Shown: positions 32,289 to 44,962, counted from the first letter of the stretch. The stretch is DNA of 64,000 bases from Diplonema japonicum (GCA_964019335.1 OZ025738.1:62001-126000); one strand, 5' to 3'. Notes: a model not told the origin generated them from the letters alone. A program made the numbers and translations.

Positions 32289-32620
32289 ATGGGGCTTTGA
32301 TTGCAACACTAGGTGGCGTTAAGCGTGCAATGAAGCACGAACTACCTACTTGATTACAGGGGGCGCTCCTCGGCCGAGCAGTAGCTTCTTCTGCGTTCCG
32401 CGTCGTGTCCTTAATGCGTGAGGTGTGCTCAACCCTAGCCGGGGCGTCCCGGGTAACCAAGATTCTGTGCTCGTGCAGTCTGCTGCCTGTTCGTCACCCT
32501 GAGCATCTGCGTTACGTTCTTCCACTCGGGCGCTACCGGTGATGACCGACGAGGAGGTCAACAGCGAACAACACATCTGATGTACTTCTTATATTTTCAT
32601 GTTATCCCCACCACCTCAAA
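32289..32620 (-). repeat. Dispersed LINE-derived 3'-end repeat (also ~8703-8835, 15260-15365, 40441-40480, 42280-42530)
   Basis: Terminal ~45 nt (atggggctttg.ttgcaacacta..tggcgttaag.gtgca) match the 3' end of LINE B at 56745-56785. The body is shared with 42320-42525. Confidence 0.8.
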
Positions 32621-32946
32621 AAACATATATAAGAGTTAAGGGAGACCGGTGTTGGCGGTGCCGCCGCCTAGTTCGTCACGGTGAAAAGATCAACAGCGAA
32701 CAACACATCTGATGTTCCTCTTATATTCTCACGTTATCCCCACCGAAAAATAAAACAAAAACTAAAATAAAAAAAGAAACCAAAGAGGAACTAAGCACGC
32801 TGCCGGGTAATAGAACCTCGAGAAAGCTTGTAAAACCCGAAATCAGGTAGGCCAATATTCCCTCTGTAGATAAAAAAAAGAAAAAAGGGGGAAACAAATA
32901 GAATCTACATCCCCACTTTTTTTACCTTTCTTCGCTTTTCTTGTTT

Positions 32947-33360
32947 TTACTTCTTCTCGGAAGGTGATGTAAAGCGCAGGTAGGTCTCGGTGTTCATGAC
33001 CAGATTATTCTCCGGCAGAATAAAAGGGCTGTTTGTACCGAGACTCCTGTTCTCGTCCAATATGAGCGCAGCCTCCTCTCGAATCCTGGACATCTTGCTG
33101 CCATAAGCGAAGTCATATTGGTAAGCGGCGCCAAAGCTCATTGGGACTAATGGTACCAATCCCGAAGGGTTGCCTTTCTTAAACCACAGTGCCGCGCCAC
33201 CCACGGCCACGGTTGCCACGAAGGCCCCGTAGAAGTTTAAAATATCCCTGGCCTGCGCTATCTGCACCGCGATCATCATCTCCCGCTGTTGCATAGCAAG
33301 CTTCTGCTGCGTGGAGATCATGTTGTCCTTGGCAGCCTCGACAGATGCACTGATGCCCAT
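32947..33360 (-). CDS. Plasminogen receptor (KT)-like / DUF2368 membrane protein
   Basis: QREMMIAVQIAQARDILNFYG...LVPLVPMSF..AYQYDFAYGSKMSRIREEA family signature. Confidence 0.8.
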   Translation of the reverse strand: MGISASVEAAKDNMISTQQKLAMQQREMMIAVQIAQARDILNFYGAFVATVAVGGAALWFKKGNPSGLVPLVPMSFGAAYQYDFAYGSKMSRIREEAALILDENRSLGTNSPFILPENNLVMNTETYLRFTSPSEKK

Positions 33361-33506
33361 TTTTCTTTTTTTTTTTTTTTTTTTTTTTTTGGAAGAAATC
33401 TATTTTTTTTTTTTTCCCCCAGCTATTGAAAAGAAAAAAAAAAAAATAGGTAATTAAGCCTTTGTAAAACTGCTCTTTACTGCCTCCCCCCCTCCCCCCT
33501 TCCCCC

Positions 33507-34400
33507 TTACCGAGGTACAGACGATGGTTTCAAGACGTGCATTGAGCAGGTGAGGTTGACGTCCACATGCATGACGGCACCGAAGTTGTCGAACTCCCCG
33601 CAGTACTGCGGTGCGGAGAAGATGGTCACGAGCTGCTTGCCCGAGAAGAACTCGTACCCGCCCTCCACCACCTGGTGCGCACGAACCACGAGGTCGAATC
33701 CGTTCGCCGCAAGGAACCGCTGCAGGTCTTCCGGCGTGAACTCGGGGACTCTGGTGCGCGTGTTAACGTCCACCTCCAACACAGGCTGAGCCCACAACAG
33801 CTCACTGACAAGGCCTTCTCCAGGTAAGTCAACAGGCAACGCAACACGTTTAATGCTGTCAACCGTCTTCAAACCATAAGCCAGCCCACCATGCACGCAG
33901 AATATTCTTTCCCCCACACACCCTGCCAGAGGCAGACAGTTGAACACTGCTACAAACTGCTTCCACAGCTTCACATTGTACCTTCTCTTGCAGTCATCGT
34001 AGAATCCGTAGATCCTGTTTACAGACGCACACTCATGGTCCCCCCTTAGCAGGTGTATGTCACTAGGATAGAGTACCTTGTAGGCTAGTAGTAGGCATAT
34101 TGTTTCAAGGCTGTACTTACCTCTGTCAACGTAGTCACCGAGGAAGAGGTACCTCCCACCGTTGCCAGGGGGTTTCAGTGCCTTGAATATTTGAACCAGG
34201 TCGTTGAACTGCCCGTGGATATCGCCTACTACTGTCACGGGGGCAGGCATCTCAACGTAACTTCCGCCCTTTAAGAGCACCTCCCTCGCGTCTTCCAGAA
34301 GGTCTTGCATCAGCTGCTCTTCTATTGCTACCTTTCCGTCGAGTCCCTCCCCCGACCGCCACAGGAGCTCCACCATCTGAACTGCAGGCGACTTCGCCAT
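33507..34400 (-). CDS. Divergent PP1-type Ser/Thr protein phosphatase
   Basis: GDIHGQ, GDYVDRG, YGFYDDCKRRY, HGG, RAHQVV and FSAPQYC motifs. Start placed at MAKSP (34400); the upstream part of the ORF is a duplicated low-complexity flank. Confidence 0.9.
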   Translation of the reverse strand: MAKSPAVQMVELLWRSGEGLDGKVAIEEQLMQDLLEDAREVLLKGGSYVEMPAPVTVVGDIHGQFNDLVQIFKALKPPGNGGRYLFLGDYVDRGKYSLETICLLLAYKVLYPSDIHLLRGDHECASVNRIYGFYDDCKRRYNVKLWKQFVAVFNCLPLAGCVGERIFCVHGGLAYGLKTVDSIKRVALPVDLPGEGLVSELLWAQPVLEVDVNTRTRVPEFTPEDLQRFLAANGFDLVVRAHQVVEGGYEFFSGKQLVTIFSAPQYCGEFDNFGAVMHVDVNLTCSMHVLKPSSVPR

Positions 34401-34429
34401 CTTTTCCTTCCTTTGGGATCGCGTGGGCA

Positions 34430-35230
34430 AAGTGAAAAAAAAGATATAAGAAGGGCTCCTTTTGATGAAAAAAAAGAGTCGGTTTTGTTTGTGCACAGCC
34501 GGGGTTAACCTGTAGAAGGATAAGCCCATCAATGCCACCACTACTCTTTTTAGCAATAACAATTCATTATCAATATATTGTTTTTCTTGTTCAAGCAAAA
34601 AACTCAAAGTGCAGGACAAACCCCCTCATGGAGGGCCGCCCTTGGGAAAAAAAAAAAAAAACGGGAACTAGCCGTCAAAGACTCGTTCTCGCAATATCAA
34701 AAAAAGGCACCTGCTTTTCAATTTACTGAAAAGAATGAAGGGAGGTAGGGGTAGTCGTAAAATGGGCTTTTTCAGGTGGAGCAAAAAAAAAAAAAAAGAA
34801 AAACAACCTCTGGCTGACATCTAGACAGTCAATCAGAAAACAAAAACAAATGGGATGCCATGGCCCATCTTACTTACTTATTTCTTTTCTTTTCTCTTCC
34901 GTAGGCACGGGGAGGGAAAATATAATGAAAGGAGAGAGGAATCCTAAGAAAGAAAAAAAGAAGTAGGTATTAAGAAAGAACAAAGAAAAAGAAGGGCTCC
35001 TTTTGATGAAAAATAAGAGTCGGTTTTGTTTGTGCACAGCCGGGGTTAACCTGTAGAAGGATAAGCCCAACAATGCCACCACTACTCTTTTTAGCAATAA
35101 CAATTCATTATCAATATATTGTTTTTCTTGTTTAAGCAAAAAACTCAAAGTGCAGGACAAACCCCCTCATGGAGGGCCGCCCTTGGGAAAAAAAAAAAAA
35201 AAAAAAACGGGAACTAGCCGTCAAAGACAT
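34430..35230. repeat. Direct duplication of ~250 bp (34430-34680 and ~34990-35230)
   Basis: Near-identical gaagggctccttttgatg...gggaactagccgtcaaagac. Confidence 0.85.
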
Positions 35231-35574
35231 ACGTGCAGAGCCCACGTTTCGATTGTGCCATAAAGTGAGGTGGGGGGAATATAAAAAAAAGTATCTCCCG
35301 CTGGCCTTAGAAAGTAAAAAAAAAAGGGGGGGGTCGGCTAATTGTTTGTGCAAGCCGTTTTCACCTACAGTAGGGATAAACTGGCAAGCTCTTTTTTGCA
35401 ATAACAGTTCTTTTCAAAAACCTGTTTACTTGTTCCAGCAAAAAAACAAAAATGCGCTTTTGAAGTCGTACCAGTATGAACAGATAGTCGCGATTTTAGT
35501 GGTGCCATGCAAGGAGCCCGAAAAGACTAAAAGAAGCTTTAGGAAAAATCGATAAAACCTCAGTGTGATACCTT

Positions 35575-36114
35575 TCAGCACTCTGTGCCGTACCCAGCCT
35601 GCTGTCCCAGCGCACGAGTCAGCACCACCTCTATGACCAGTCAGCACCACCTCTATGACACTAACCAACACGATGAAGGCAAACCCATAGTTGAGGTTCA
35701 TCTCGTCAGCAAACTTCAGCGTTCTCCCATAGTAGGGGTAGCCCAACGAAGTGGTCTAGTGTGTGGTGGTGTGTTCTTCCTTTTCTACTTATTCTTTACT
35801 GTCATAAAGAGGCAGCTTGCAGCATGCAAGGCACAGACAGCCATCTAAGCGTTGTTGTGCCTCATCCAGCAGATCCCCGCAATCACCGCACCCGTGAGGG
35901 GGCCCATCGCAAGGCCTGCCATCACCAGCACAGCATACGTCCGCGAAGTTAAAAGTCAAACCCTTCAAGTCTATGTCCTTCACACTGTCGATCAGCGACC
36001 TGCAGTTAAAGTTTCATTCTCGGCCATGTAGCTGGCTTGGGTAATGGCAATGAAGTAAATAATCCAAGCAGCAAAGGCCGCGAGGGTGTGGACCAGAACA
36101 CCTGTGGAAGACAT
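35575..36114 (-). pseudogene. Amastin/claudin-like tetraspan copy 1 (deleted, frameshifted)
   Basis: Homologous to 37506-38139 but has lost the splice donor and several coding segments. Confidence 0.8.
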
Positions 36115-36628
36115 CTTTTGCTTTTTCTTTTCTTTCTTTTTTTCTTTTAAACTGAGTGTTAAAGGACTCTACTTCTGCAGGCTAAAAGGCTGAACCGCAA
36201 CCCATCCAGGCTAGGGGGCCACTACCGGCGGAGTGGAAGTGTTTTGACGACAAAAAAAGTACGTCACGCTGAAAGAATATAAAAAACGAACACAAGAGGA
36301 CCGTAGTGCACGTCAGGGGGAAAAAAAAAAATAAAAAAAGAAGAAAGTTAAGAAAAGAGGGAGGAAAAGAGAAATGATTTCTTTAAAAAAGGGCCTTTCC
36401 AATTTCTTTGAAATTAATGAGGGGGGGGGGGGGGGTGTTGAGGAAACAAACTAAGAAGGTCACTCAAGCACGCATAGCACTCCATTGCAGCTAAAATAAT
36501 ATTACGTGCAGAGCCAGGCAAAAAAAAAAAAGAAAGAAAAAGAACATCTCTGGCTGACTTTTAGAAGTAAAAAAAAAAAAATATATATATATTCACTATG
36601 ATAGGAACGAAGTGGTTAGCAACGGCCC

Positions 36629-36664
<36 letters not shown>

Positions 36665-37505
36665 TACCTGACGCCAGGGCCCATCTTTCAGCTAGAATCC
36701 TATTCTTTTTTTCTCTTCTTTCTTCTTTTCTTTTTCTTTTTCTTCCGCAGGCACGGGGAGGGAGAGAGTAATGAAAGGGAGAGAAAGAAAGCTTAAGGGA
36801 AAGAAGAATTTAAAAAAACTTAAGGGTTAACCTTAAAAGAAACTATTTTCAACTATTAAAAGAAAAGTACGTTAGCAACACATGGCCACCACCAGCGGTC
36901 AAGTACCTGCGGTGGCTGATTGTTGCGATGAGCAAAACTACTTAGCACCGAGCTAGGTAGTGGACGGTGTGGCCCGAGGAGAAGAGTGGCTCCTGTGGTG
37001 GGAATGACCTTTCACTTCGTGCAGCACCTCTGGACACGACCCAATAATAAAAAAAGAGAAAAAAGTGGGAAACAGATGACAATTCAGAGGCGCCAATGTT
37101 TGCACCACCTGCCTTGCGCCTGCTGATATCGGCTCAAATACGCAGTGAGCCCACGCTTTGATTGTTGCCACAAAGTGAGGTGGGGGGGTATAAAAAAAAG
37201 TATCTCCGCTGGCCTTTAGAAAGTAAAAAGAAAATAATAAAAAAAAATCAAAAAAACCACACCGCGATGAGGGTCGGGGGGGGAAAAAAGTGGGTGTTTC
37301 TTTTCTTTAACAAATAACCAAAAAGAAGCAGCCTTTACTTTACGTGAAATCACGCCTCTTAGAAATCGTACTAAAAATAAACAGGATAAACAAAAAAGTC
37401 TTAGCGGTGCCATGCGGTATGTGACACAGCGGCCACCCTTGTGAAACCTTTTCAAAAAAGAGGAACCCGAAGAAAGAAATCGTTAAAACCTCAGTGTGAT
37501 AGTTT

Positions 37506-38139
37506 TCAGCACTCTGTGCCGTAGCTAGCCTGCTGTCCCAAAGGTGTGCCCTGCTCGTAGTTCCCGCTGGGTGTGTTCCCCTTCAGCATAAATGCCGCAC
37601 CAGTCAGCACCACCTCTATGACACTAACCAACACGATGAAGGCAAACCCATAGTTGAGGTTCATCTCGTCAGCAAACTTCACCTTTCTCCCATAGGAGGG
37701 GTAGTTTGACGAACTGGCCTAGTGTGTGGTGGTGTGTTCTTCCCTTTTTGCTTCTTCTTTACTGTCATACCTCATATTCGAAAAGTGCTACCATCAAGAT
37801 CCACGTCAGGCCGACAAAGAGGCAGCTTGCAGCATGCAAGGCACAGACAGCCATCCAAGCTTTGTTGTGCCTCATCCAGCAGATCCCCGCAATCACCGCA
37901 CCCGTGAGGGGGCCCATCGCAAGGCCTGCCATCACCAGCACAGCATACGTCCGCGAAGTTAAATCCCTCAGGTCTATGTCCTTCACAGTGTCTATCAGCG
38001 ACCTGCAGTTGTCCGACTGGTATATCCCTACCCTGCACCCATTCCCGGCCATGTAGCCGGCCTGGGAAATGGCAATGAAGTAAATAATCCAAGCAGCAAA
38101 GGCCGCAAGGGTGTGGACCAGAACACCTGTGGAAGACAT
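37506..38139 (-). CDS. Amastin/claudin-like four-TM protein, 193 aa; exons 38139-37771 and 37718-37506
   Basis: Four hydrophobic segments and a CRVGIYQSDNC loop. A phase-0 52-nt GTATG..TAG intron (37770-37719) restores the frame. Confidence 0.7.
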
Positions 38140-39273
38140 CTTTTGCTTCTTTTCTTTTTCTTTTAAACTGAGTGTTAAAGGATTCTACTTCTGCAAGCTC
38201 AATCCGTTCAGGCTACGGGGCCATTCGGATCCAGCCGTTCTTAAAAAAAAAGGACCTTTTTGAAAAATAATGAGGGGCGCACCAAACAAAAAGGGGGGGG
38301 GGGGGGAGTGCTGAGGAAATAAACCAAGAAGGCAACTCAAGCACGTATTGCAGCTTTAAAATAAATTACGTTCAGAGCCAGGCAAAAAAGAAATATATGA
38401 GTTAAAAGAAGTCTTCTAAAAGAAACTAGTTTGGCGCTCCATTTTGTTTGTGCGCACGAGCGGAATTTTACCTAATATAATAGCTCATTACGCTGCCATC
38501 AACTAGAGTCTTTGTGAGACGCCCCCTTGTTCTCATCCAACAATGGGACGCCAGGGCCCTCTTTCAGCCAGAATGCTCTTATTCTCTTGTTCTTTTTTTT
38601 CCCGTAGGCACGGGAAAAAGAAGAAGAAGAAAAACCTAAGAAATTATTTCAACTAGAAAAGTACGTTAGCAACACATGGCCACCACTGGCCACACCTACA
38701 TTCATCTTCTGCGGTTGCAGTCTGGTGCCTGCGGTGGTTGACTGTTGCGATGAGAGACTAGTGACAACAATTCTCCCTATTCGAGCGCTTTAAAAGAAGA
38801 AAAAAAAGAGAAAAAAGAGGAAAACAGATGACAATTCAGAGGCGCCAATGTTTGCACCATCTGCCTTGCGCCTGCTGATATCGGCTCACATGCGATAAAA
38901 TTTCAGTGTGCATGGGGGTGCTCACTGTTCAGGCAAAAAAAAAAAAAATATATGAGTTAAAGGATGTCTTTGTGAGACGCCCCCTTGTTCTCATCTTCTA
39001 CCTGCACCTATCCCCTTTCAGCAGCGGTTTCTCCTCCTTTGGTGGTCTTGCCGGCCTTCTCCCCAGCCTGGCCGCTCTTTCTCTTCGTTCTCTTGCCCAT
39101 TGTCCTTTCAACGCCTCTAGGTCATAAACACGATAAAAAAAAAGAAGCAGCCTCTTCTTTTTACGCTAAGAAATCGCGTGCCCTTTTTTTTGAAGTCGTA
39201 CCAAAATGAAGGTTAAAACAAAAAAAGAAGCAGAAAAGGATCTAAAGAAGTCTTTGGAAAAATCGATAAAACC

Positions 39274-39899
39274 TCAGTGTTCTGTGCCGTAGCTAGCCTG
39301 CTGTCCCAAAGGTGTGCCCTGCTCGTAGTTCCCGCTGGGTGTGTTCCCCTTCAGTATAAATGCCAGCATAAATGCCGCACCAGTCAGCACCGCCTCTATG
39401 ACACTAACCAACACGATGAAGGCAAACCCATAGTTGAGGTCCATCCAGGTAGCAAACTTTCCTCCGTACGAAGTGTACTGGTGTGGTGGTGTGTTCTTCT
39501 TTTTTCTGCTTCTTTTCTTTACTGTCATACCTCATATTCGAAAAGTGCTGCCATCAAGATCCACGTCAGGCCGACAAAGAGGCAGCTTGCAGCATGCAAG
39601 GCACAGACAGCCATCCCAGCGCTGTTGTGCCTCATCCAGCAGATCCCCGCAATCACCGCACCCGTGAGGGGGCCCATCGCAAGGCCTGCCATCACCAGCA
39701 CAGCATACGTCCGCGAAGTTAAACCCTTCAGGCCTATGGCCTTCACAGTGTCTATCAGCGACCTGCAGTTGTCCGACTGGTATATCCCTACCCTGCACTC
39801 ATTCCCGGTCATGTAGCCGGCCTAGGAAATGGCAATGAAGTAAATAATCCAAGCAGCAAAGGCCGCGAGGGTGTGGACCAGAACACCTGTGGAAGACAT
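39274..39899 (-). pseudogene. Amastin/claudin-like copy 3 with premature TAG at codon 26
   Basis: CAG>TAG at 39824-39822. Otherwise intact, with an intron at 39530-39478. Confidence 0.7.
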
Positions 39900-40689
39900 C
39901 TTTTGCCTCTTTTTCTTTTCTTGTTTTTTTTTTTTTTTCTCTTTTTTTTTTGTTTTCTTGGTGCTGAGTGTCAAGGGACTTCAACAAAGGGCAATAGAAA
40001 GAAGAAGAAAAAATAGAAAAAAATAAAAAAAAGTAAAACGTTTGAAAAAGAGGCCTTCCTAGATTCCCCTTCAAAACCTTGCTGCGTCAAAAGAAAAAGG
40101 CGCAGAAGGAAGGTACTACCTAGTACTGACCCTGTTGGGAACACAAAAACCTGAGAAAGTTAACCCTCGTGCGTTGGGTAGAAGGAAACAGACCTATGTG
40201 GCCCTGGTGTGCAAGGCCTGGGGTGTCAAACGCATAAGCCTCACTAAATTAATCGGAGCGTGGCTTCTGGGTACCGCTGCTCGTTCAATGAAGCCAATTT
40301 CAGGTCTCGCTTTCTTTTTTTTCTTTCAGTTCTTTCTCTAGGTTTCGCAGTTAGTGAAGGTCAAAAAAAAAAAAGAAAAAAAAGAAAAAGGAGCTTTTGC
40401 AAGTCGAGAGACCTGTTCTTGGGAAGGGAAAATTTAGAAGAATGACTTTGGTTGCTTCATAAACCGCCTGGCGTGCGAGTAACTTCTTTACCGTGCTGGC
40501 AGGTGTTGCTACCCTAAATACCCAGGTATCCTTCTGTGCTGAAGGATATAACGATGTAAATATAAATATTTACGTGAGCGCGAGAAGGAGGAAGACTGCC
40601 GGCCTTCTCCCCAGACAGGGCTGTTCCTTTTATGTTTCGGTTTTATGAGCCAAAAAAAAAAAAGGGGGAAAAAAAATATATGAGTTAAA

Positions 40690-41478
40690 GGAAGTCTTTG
40701 TGAGACGCCCCCTTGTTCTCATCTTCTACCTGCATCTATCCCCTTTCAGCAGCGGTTTCTCCTCCTTTGGTGGTCTTGCCGGCCTTCTCCCCAGCCTGGC
40801 CGCTCTTTCTCTTCGTTCTCTTGCCCATTGTCCTTTCAACGCCTCTAGGTCATGCTTGGTCTTCGGTGATGCAAATATCGCCCTCCTGTTCCATCCGATC
40901 ACCGCCTTTGTCCTCCCGATGGATCGTAGTGTGTGCACCCTTGTGCTCGGCTCAGCTGGGAAGGCCCTCCTTCCTTTCACCTTCTTCAGACCCTCCCTAG
41001 CTCCCATGTGTGCCAGATCTTCTTCATCAGTCCATGCAATCTCCTCGCTTTCTGCTGTACTTCTGCGAGATCCCCCAGCTTCCCTCCAAGGGTCTTCCCG
41101 GTCACGTTCTCGAAATCCAGTGCCAGCTCCACCGTCGACACTGACGTGTTCCTGCTGCCTGCATACCAGCGCAGTTGCCGCATCCACCTCAGCACCTCCT
41201 TCGTGTACTCACGTAGGACATCCCCTGCCGGTAGCTTGCCGAAGTCCTTGTCCGACGGTACTGGGTGTTCTTGACCTTGTGTGATCTCCAGCCACTGGTG
41301 TGTGTGGTACACCTCCTGCCTCTTCGCCTGTAGGGCTGCGTCCCGCTCCCCCACCACCGCCAGCAGGTACCTCTGCGTTCCTTCGAGCCTTTCCCTGACA
41401 TCCTTCCCTGCTCCCCTTGGCAGGATGCCATGCAGCTTCGTACACGGTTCCAGCCCCCTGCGCGTCGTGCCTTCGTGT
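40690..41478 (-). mobile_element. 5'-truncated LINE related to family A (ORF2 C-terminal domain); its 3' end is duplicated at ~38960-39125
   Basis: LHGILPRGA, VLRWMRQLRWYAG, ELALDFE and RVHTLRSIG align with the ORF2 C-terminus at 50165-50850. Confidence 0.88.
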
Positions 41479-42901
41479 TTAAAAAATAGAAAAAAAAAGC
41501 AACCCGTCCTCTTTGTGTGAAAAAACAGAAAAATAAATTTAAATAAAAACAAAAACGGGAAAAGAATCGGTAGGGAAAAAAAGAAAAAAAAAAGGGGGGA
41601 AAATTGATAAATTTCGGTGTGCGGGTTGGTGCTCACCATTCAGGGAAAAAAAGAAGGAGGCTATACAAAAAGAAAAATGAACAAAGAAGAATAGAAAAAT
41701 AAGAAGGTCTTTAACGACACCTCCCTTTCTCTATACTTCTTCTGCCCTTTTTTCTTTTCGCCTCCTTTTTTTTATTCCTCTTCCCTTTTTCTCTGTTTTC
41801 CTTACCACTCTTACCCGAGAGCTGGTGAGAGTGGTTAAGGGGGGGACCCTTTGCAAAACAAGTATCTTAGTTATTTCGCTTTTTTTTTTTAGGTCACCCA
41901 CCCCCCCCACACCCCGCCTCGCGTACAGCATACGGAAAAAAAATTCACTACGAGAAGGAACGAAGTGGATAGCAACGGCCCACAAAAGAAAGAAAAAAAA
42001 AGAGAAAAAAGAGGGAACAACTGGCAGTTGCACCTGTCAACAAGCCAAGAGCCTGTTCTTGCAAAAAAAGAAAAAGAGTCGATTTTTTAAGCATTTTTTT
42101 GTCAGTGCATGAAAATAAACATTTCTCGGGGATATATATCTTCATGCTACCATTACTCTTTTCTGTGCGTTGGGTTTTGCAGGAAAAAAAAAAAAAGAAA
42201 AAAAAAGAGGAAACCTTTGGGAAAAAGTACCCAAGATACCTCAACAATGTGCAAAGAAGAAAAATATATTGAGTTAAAGGAGGCCGGTGTTGGCGGCGCC
42301 CTGCACAAGAACTGTCTACTTGATTATAAGGCGCTAGCTCAACCCCAGCCGGGGCGTCCCGGGTACCAAGATTCTGTGCTCGTGCAGTCTGCTGCCTGTT
42401 CGTCACCCTGAGCATCTGCATTATGATCTTCCACTCGGGTGCTACCGGTGATGACCGACGAGGAGGTCAACAGCGAACAACACATCTGATGTTTTTCTCA
42501 TATTTTCATGTTCTCCCCCACCACCTGAGAAAAAAAAAAAAGAGATATACAGCTAGGAACTAGATTTAGATGGAAAATAAAAAGTCTTTTCAAAAAGGTA
42601 GAGTGCTCGCTTTTCTTTTCTTTCCTTTTTTTTTTTTTAAAAAGAAAAAAAGATTGCTTTTTTTTATTTTTAACTTTCTTCCTCCCACGAGGCCTCCCGC
42701 CACGGCTTTAAAAGAAAATGATAGTTGAGAAGTAAGTCATCTTTTTCAAATAATATAGTATAAACAATATAAAAAAAAAAATAAAAAAAAAAAGAAAAAT
42801 ACAGAAGTTTTTATCATTTTTCTTTTTTTCTTTTTTCTTTTTTAAAAAACCGTACAAAAAAAATCTTGCAAATGTGAAACAACAAAAATAACAAAAAACA
42901 A

Positions 42902-44377
42902 CTAGAACTCAAACACCTCCGTATGGAAATCAAAGGCAACCCCGTCGCCAGAGCAAGCCAAACAGGCCTTTCTAACAGCCTCTCCGAATCTCGGGGGCCC
43001 GCAGAAAAGAACCGCAACTTCTTCAGAATCTCCTGAACGGGTACCACAGGCAACAAGGATCTCCTTTCTAATCGCAGCGAGGTAAGGCTGTGGATCAAGC
43101 CTTGCCAGCTGTATGGTGGGGGACACATGGGGTATACACCCCGATGCTGCTCCAGACGGACCGGTTAAACAAAAATGTGTAGCAACCCTTTCGTTCACAG
43201 GTACACAGTTCACGAAGGCGTCCAGCATCTGCGCGCACCGAACAGACCAGCAAAACCAAACTCTGCTCACAACCCTCCCGCGACTACTCTGCTCCAGCAA
43301 ATCATGAACCAAGTAAAGCCAAGGAGTCAACCCCACACCACCGGACACCATTACAAAATGTTGATACCGATCGCCTTCGACGTCCAACCTTGGTTCACCA
43401 TACGGTCCTTGCAACAGTAAATCGTACCCATTATTGTCAGGCGGTCTCCGCAAGGCCAGCTCGTGCAGACCATTTGTCCAGTCGCCCAATACTCTGATCA
43501 TCAATGTCAGCTCATACCCACCGCACTCCCTGTCAGGGTTCGCCCTCTCCCTTGAAATGGTAAACGGGTGCGACTCGAAATAAGTTAGTTCAGGAACGGT
43601 GAGATACACGTACTGCCCGGGGCGTCCGATTCTGTGCTGGGTGTATATTCTAATCTTGACGGTTCGTCCGCCGGGAATGGGGTCGAAAAAACCTTTTCTG
43701 GGAAGCTTGCCAAAGGTCCCGTAAAGGAAACGAACAAGAACGTCAGCTGTCCAGAACCCCACACCTATCATAACGTAGTAAGCCTTATGGAACATAAGGG
43801 CCACGATAGACGCTAAAATCAGTGCTACATGGCTGTAGTAAAATGTGTTGTAAAATGAACGGCGAAAACCAGGGTGGCCCGAGGCTACAAGAAGAGAAAG
43901 ACATCCCATAGCAATCCAGCCCGTCAGTTCTGCTTTAGAGCCTGCTGAATCGCCCCTCCATGTGTCTATTAAGTAGCACATTCCAATGTGGTAGTAACTA
44001 TTTAGAATTGTCATGACAGCAGACACCTTGTGGTACCACAGCCTTCTTTCCACAGGGACGCCCAGAAGAAAGGTGAGGGGGGAGTTTTTGCAGGCCGTTG
44101 CAATGGTTAGTACCAGAGGTCCCTGCACCCAATGTCCGGTTTTTCCCATCCCTTCGTGATTCTGCCTGTTAAACCCTTGCATCGTGATGAACAGCAGAAA
44201 CGGAAGCAGCATCAGAGCCTCACCGTATGTGAGCGTAATGTAGTCATTTACTATTGCGTAGTTTTGAAGAAGTGTTGCAGCCTTCCACCTCACAGGCACG
44301 TACAGGCGCTCCAAGCGGTTCCTGTTCTCATAAGGAACCCACACGGGGGCGGTCCCGTCTGGGGTGGCGCGTTGCAT
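42902..44377 (-). CDS. Ferric reductase / NADPH oxidase-like flavocytochrome
   Basis: Heme His pairs (WYHK..YYH; YSH..MFH), HPFTIS (FAD), GGVGLTP and CGP (NADPH), terminal EVFEF. Confidence 0.92.
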   Translation of the reverse strand: MQRATPDGTAPVWVPYENRNRLERLYVPVRWKAATLLQNYAIVNDYITLTYGEALMLLPFLLFITMQGFNRQNHEGMGKTGHWVQGPLVLTIATACKNSPLTFLLGVPVERRLWYHKVSAVMTILNSYYHIGMCYLIDTWRGDSAGSKAELTGWIAMGCLSLLVASGHPGFRRSFYNTFYYSHVALILASIVALMFHKAYYVMIGVGFWTADVLVRFLYGTFGKLPRKGFFDPIPGGRTVKIRIYTQHRIGRPGQYVYLTVPELTYFESHPFTISRERANPDRECGGYELTLMIRVLGDWTNGLHELALRRPPDNNGYDLLLQGPYGEPRLDVEGDRYQHFVMVSGGVGLTPWLYLVHDLLEQSSRGRVVSRVWFCWSVRCAQMLDAFVNCVPVNERVATHFCLTGPSGAASGCIPHVSPTIQLARLDPQPYLAAIRKEILVACGTRSGDSEEVAVLFCGPPRFGEAVRKACLACSGDGVAFDFHTEVFEF

Positions 44378-44837
44378 TGTTTTGTTGTATCGTGTAACCT
44401 TTTTTTTTCTTTTCTTTTTTTTTTCTTTTCTTCTAAATAATATATGGGGACCCCTTCATATGTGTTATCCATTTGACAAACGCTACACTTCTGACTGAGG
44501 TACGACTTTGCCAATCCCATCATCCCGGTTGTCCCTTGCTTCAGATGCCCGCAGGTCTGACACTGTATAATGCTGTCCTTTGGAAGGGAAGGTAAGCTCG
44601 GGAGCACTGACGGCACTCGTGAACACGTCCCCGATGGAGGTATTAAAAAAATAGTCGGCTGATTGTTTGTGCAAGCCGTTTTCACCTACAGTAGGGATAA
44701 ACGGACAAGCTGCCTCTACTCTTTTTTGCAATAACAATTCTTTTCAAAAATTTGTTTACTTGTTCCAGCAAAAAAAAAAAAAAAAAAAAACATGCAATGA
44801 ATAAAAAAAAAAAGTCGAAACCATTTCTTTTCTTTTG

Positions 44838-44872
<35 letters not shown>

Positions 44873-44962
44873 AGGCCGCTCCTTTATCACAAGTGAAAAG
44901 AAGACCCCCTTTTTTTTTCTGTAAAGAAAAAAAAAAAATTTTTTTTTTCTTTTCTTTTTTGT

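Noticed and set aside
39822-39824. In-frame TAG as evidence of a reassigned genetic code
   Set aside because: A single CAG>TAG change. TAG, TAA and TGA all end other genes here, and the long ORFs have no internal stops.
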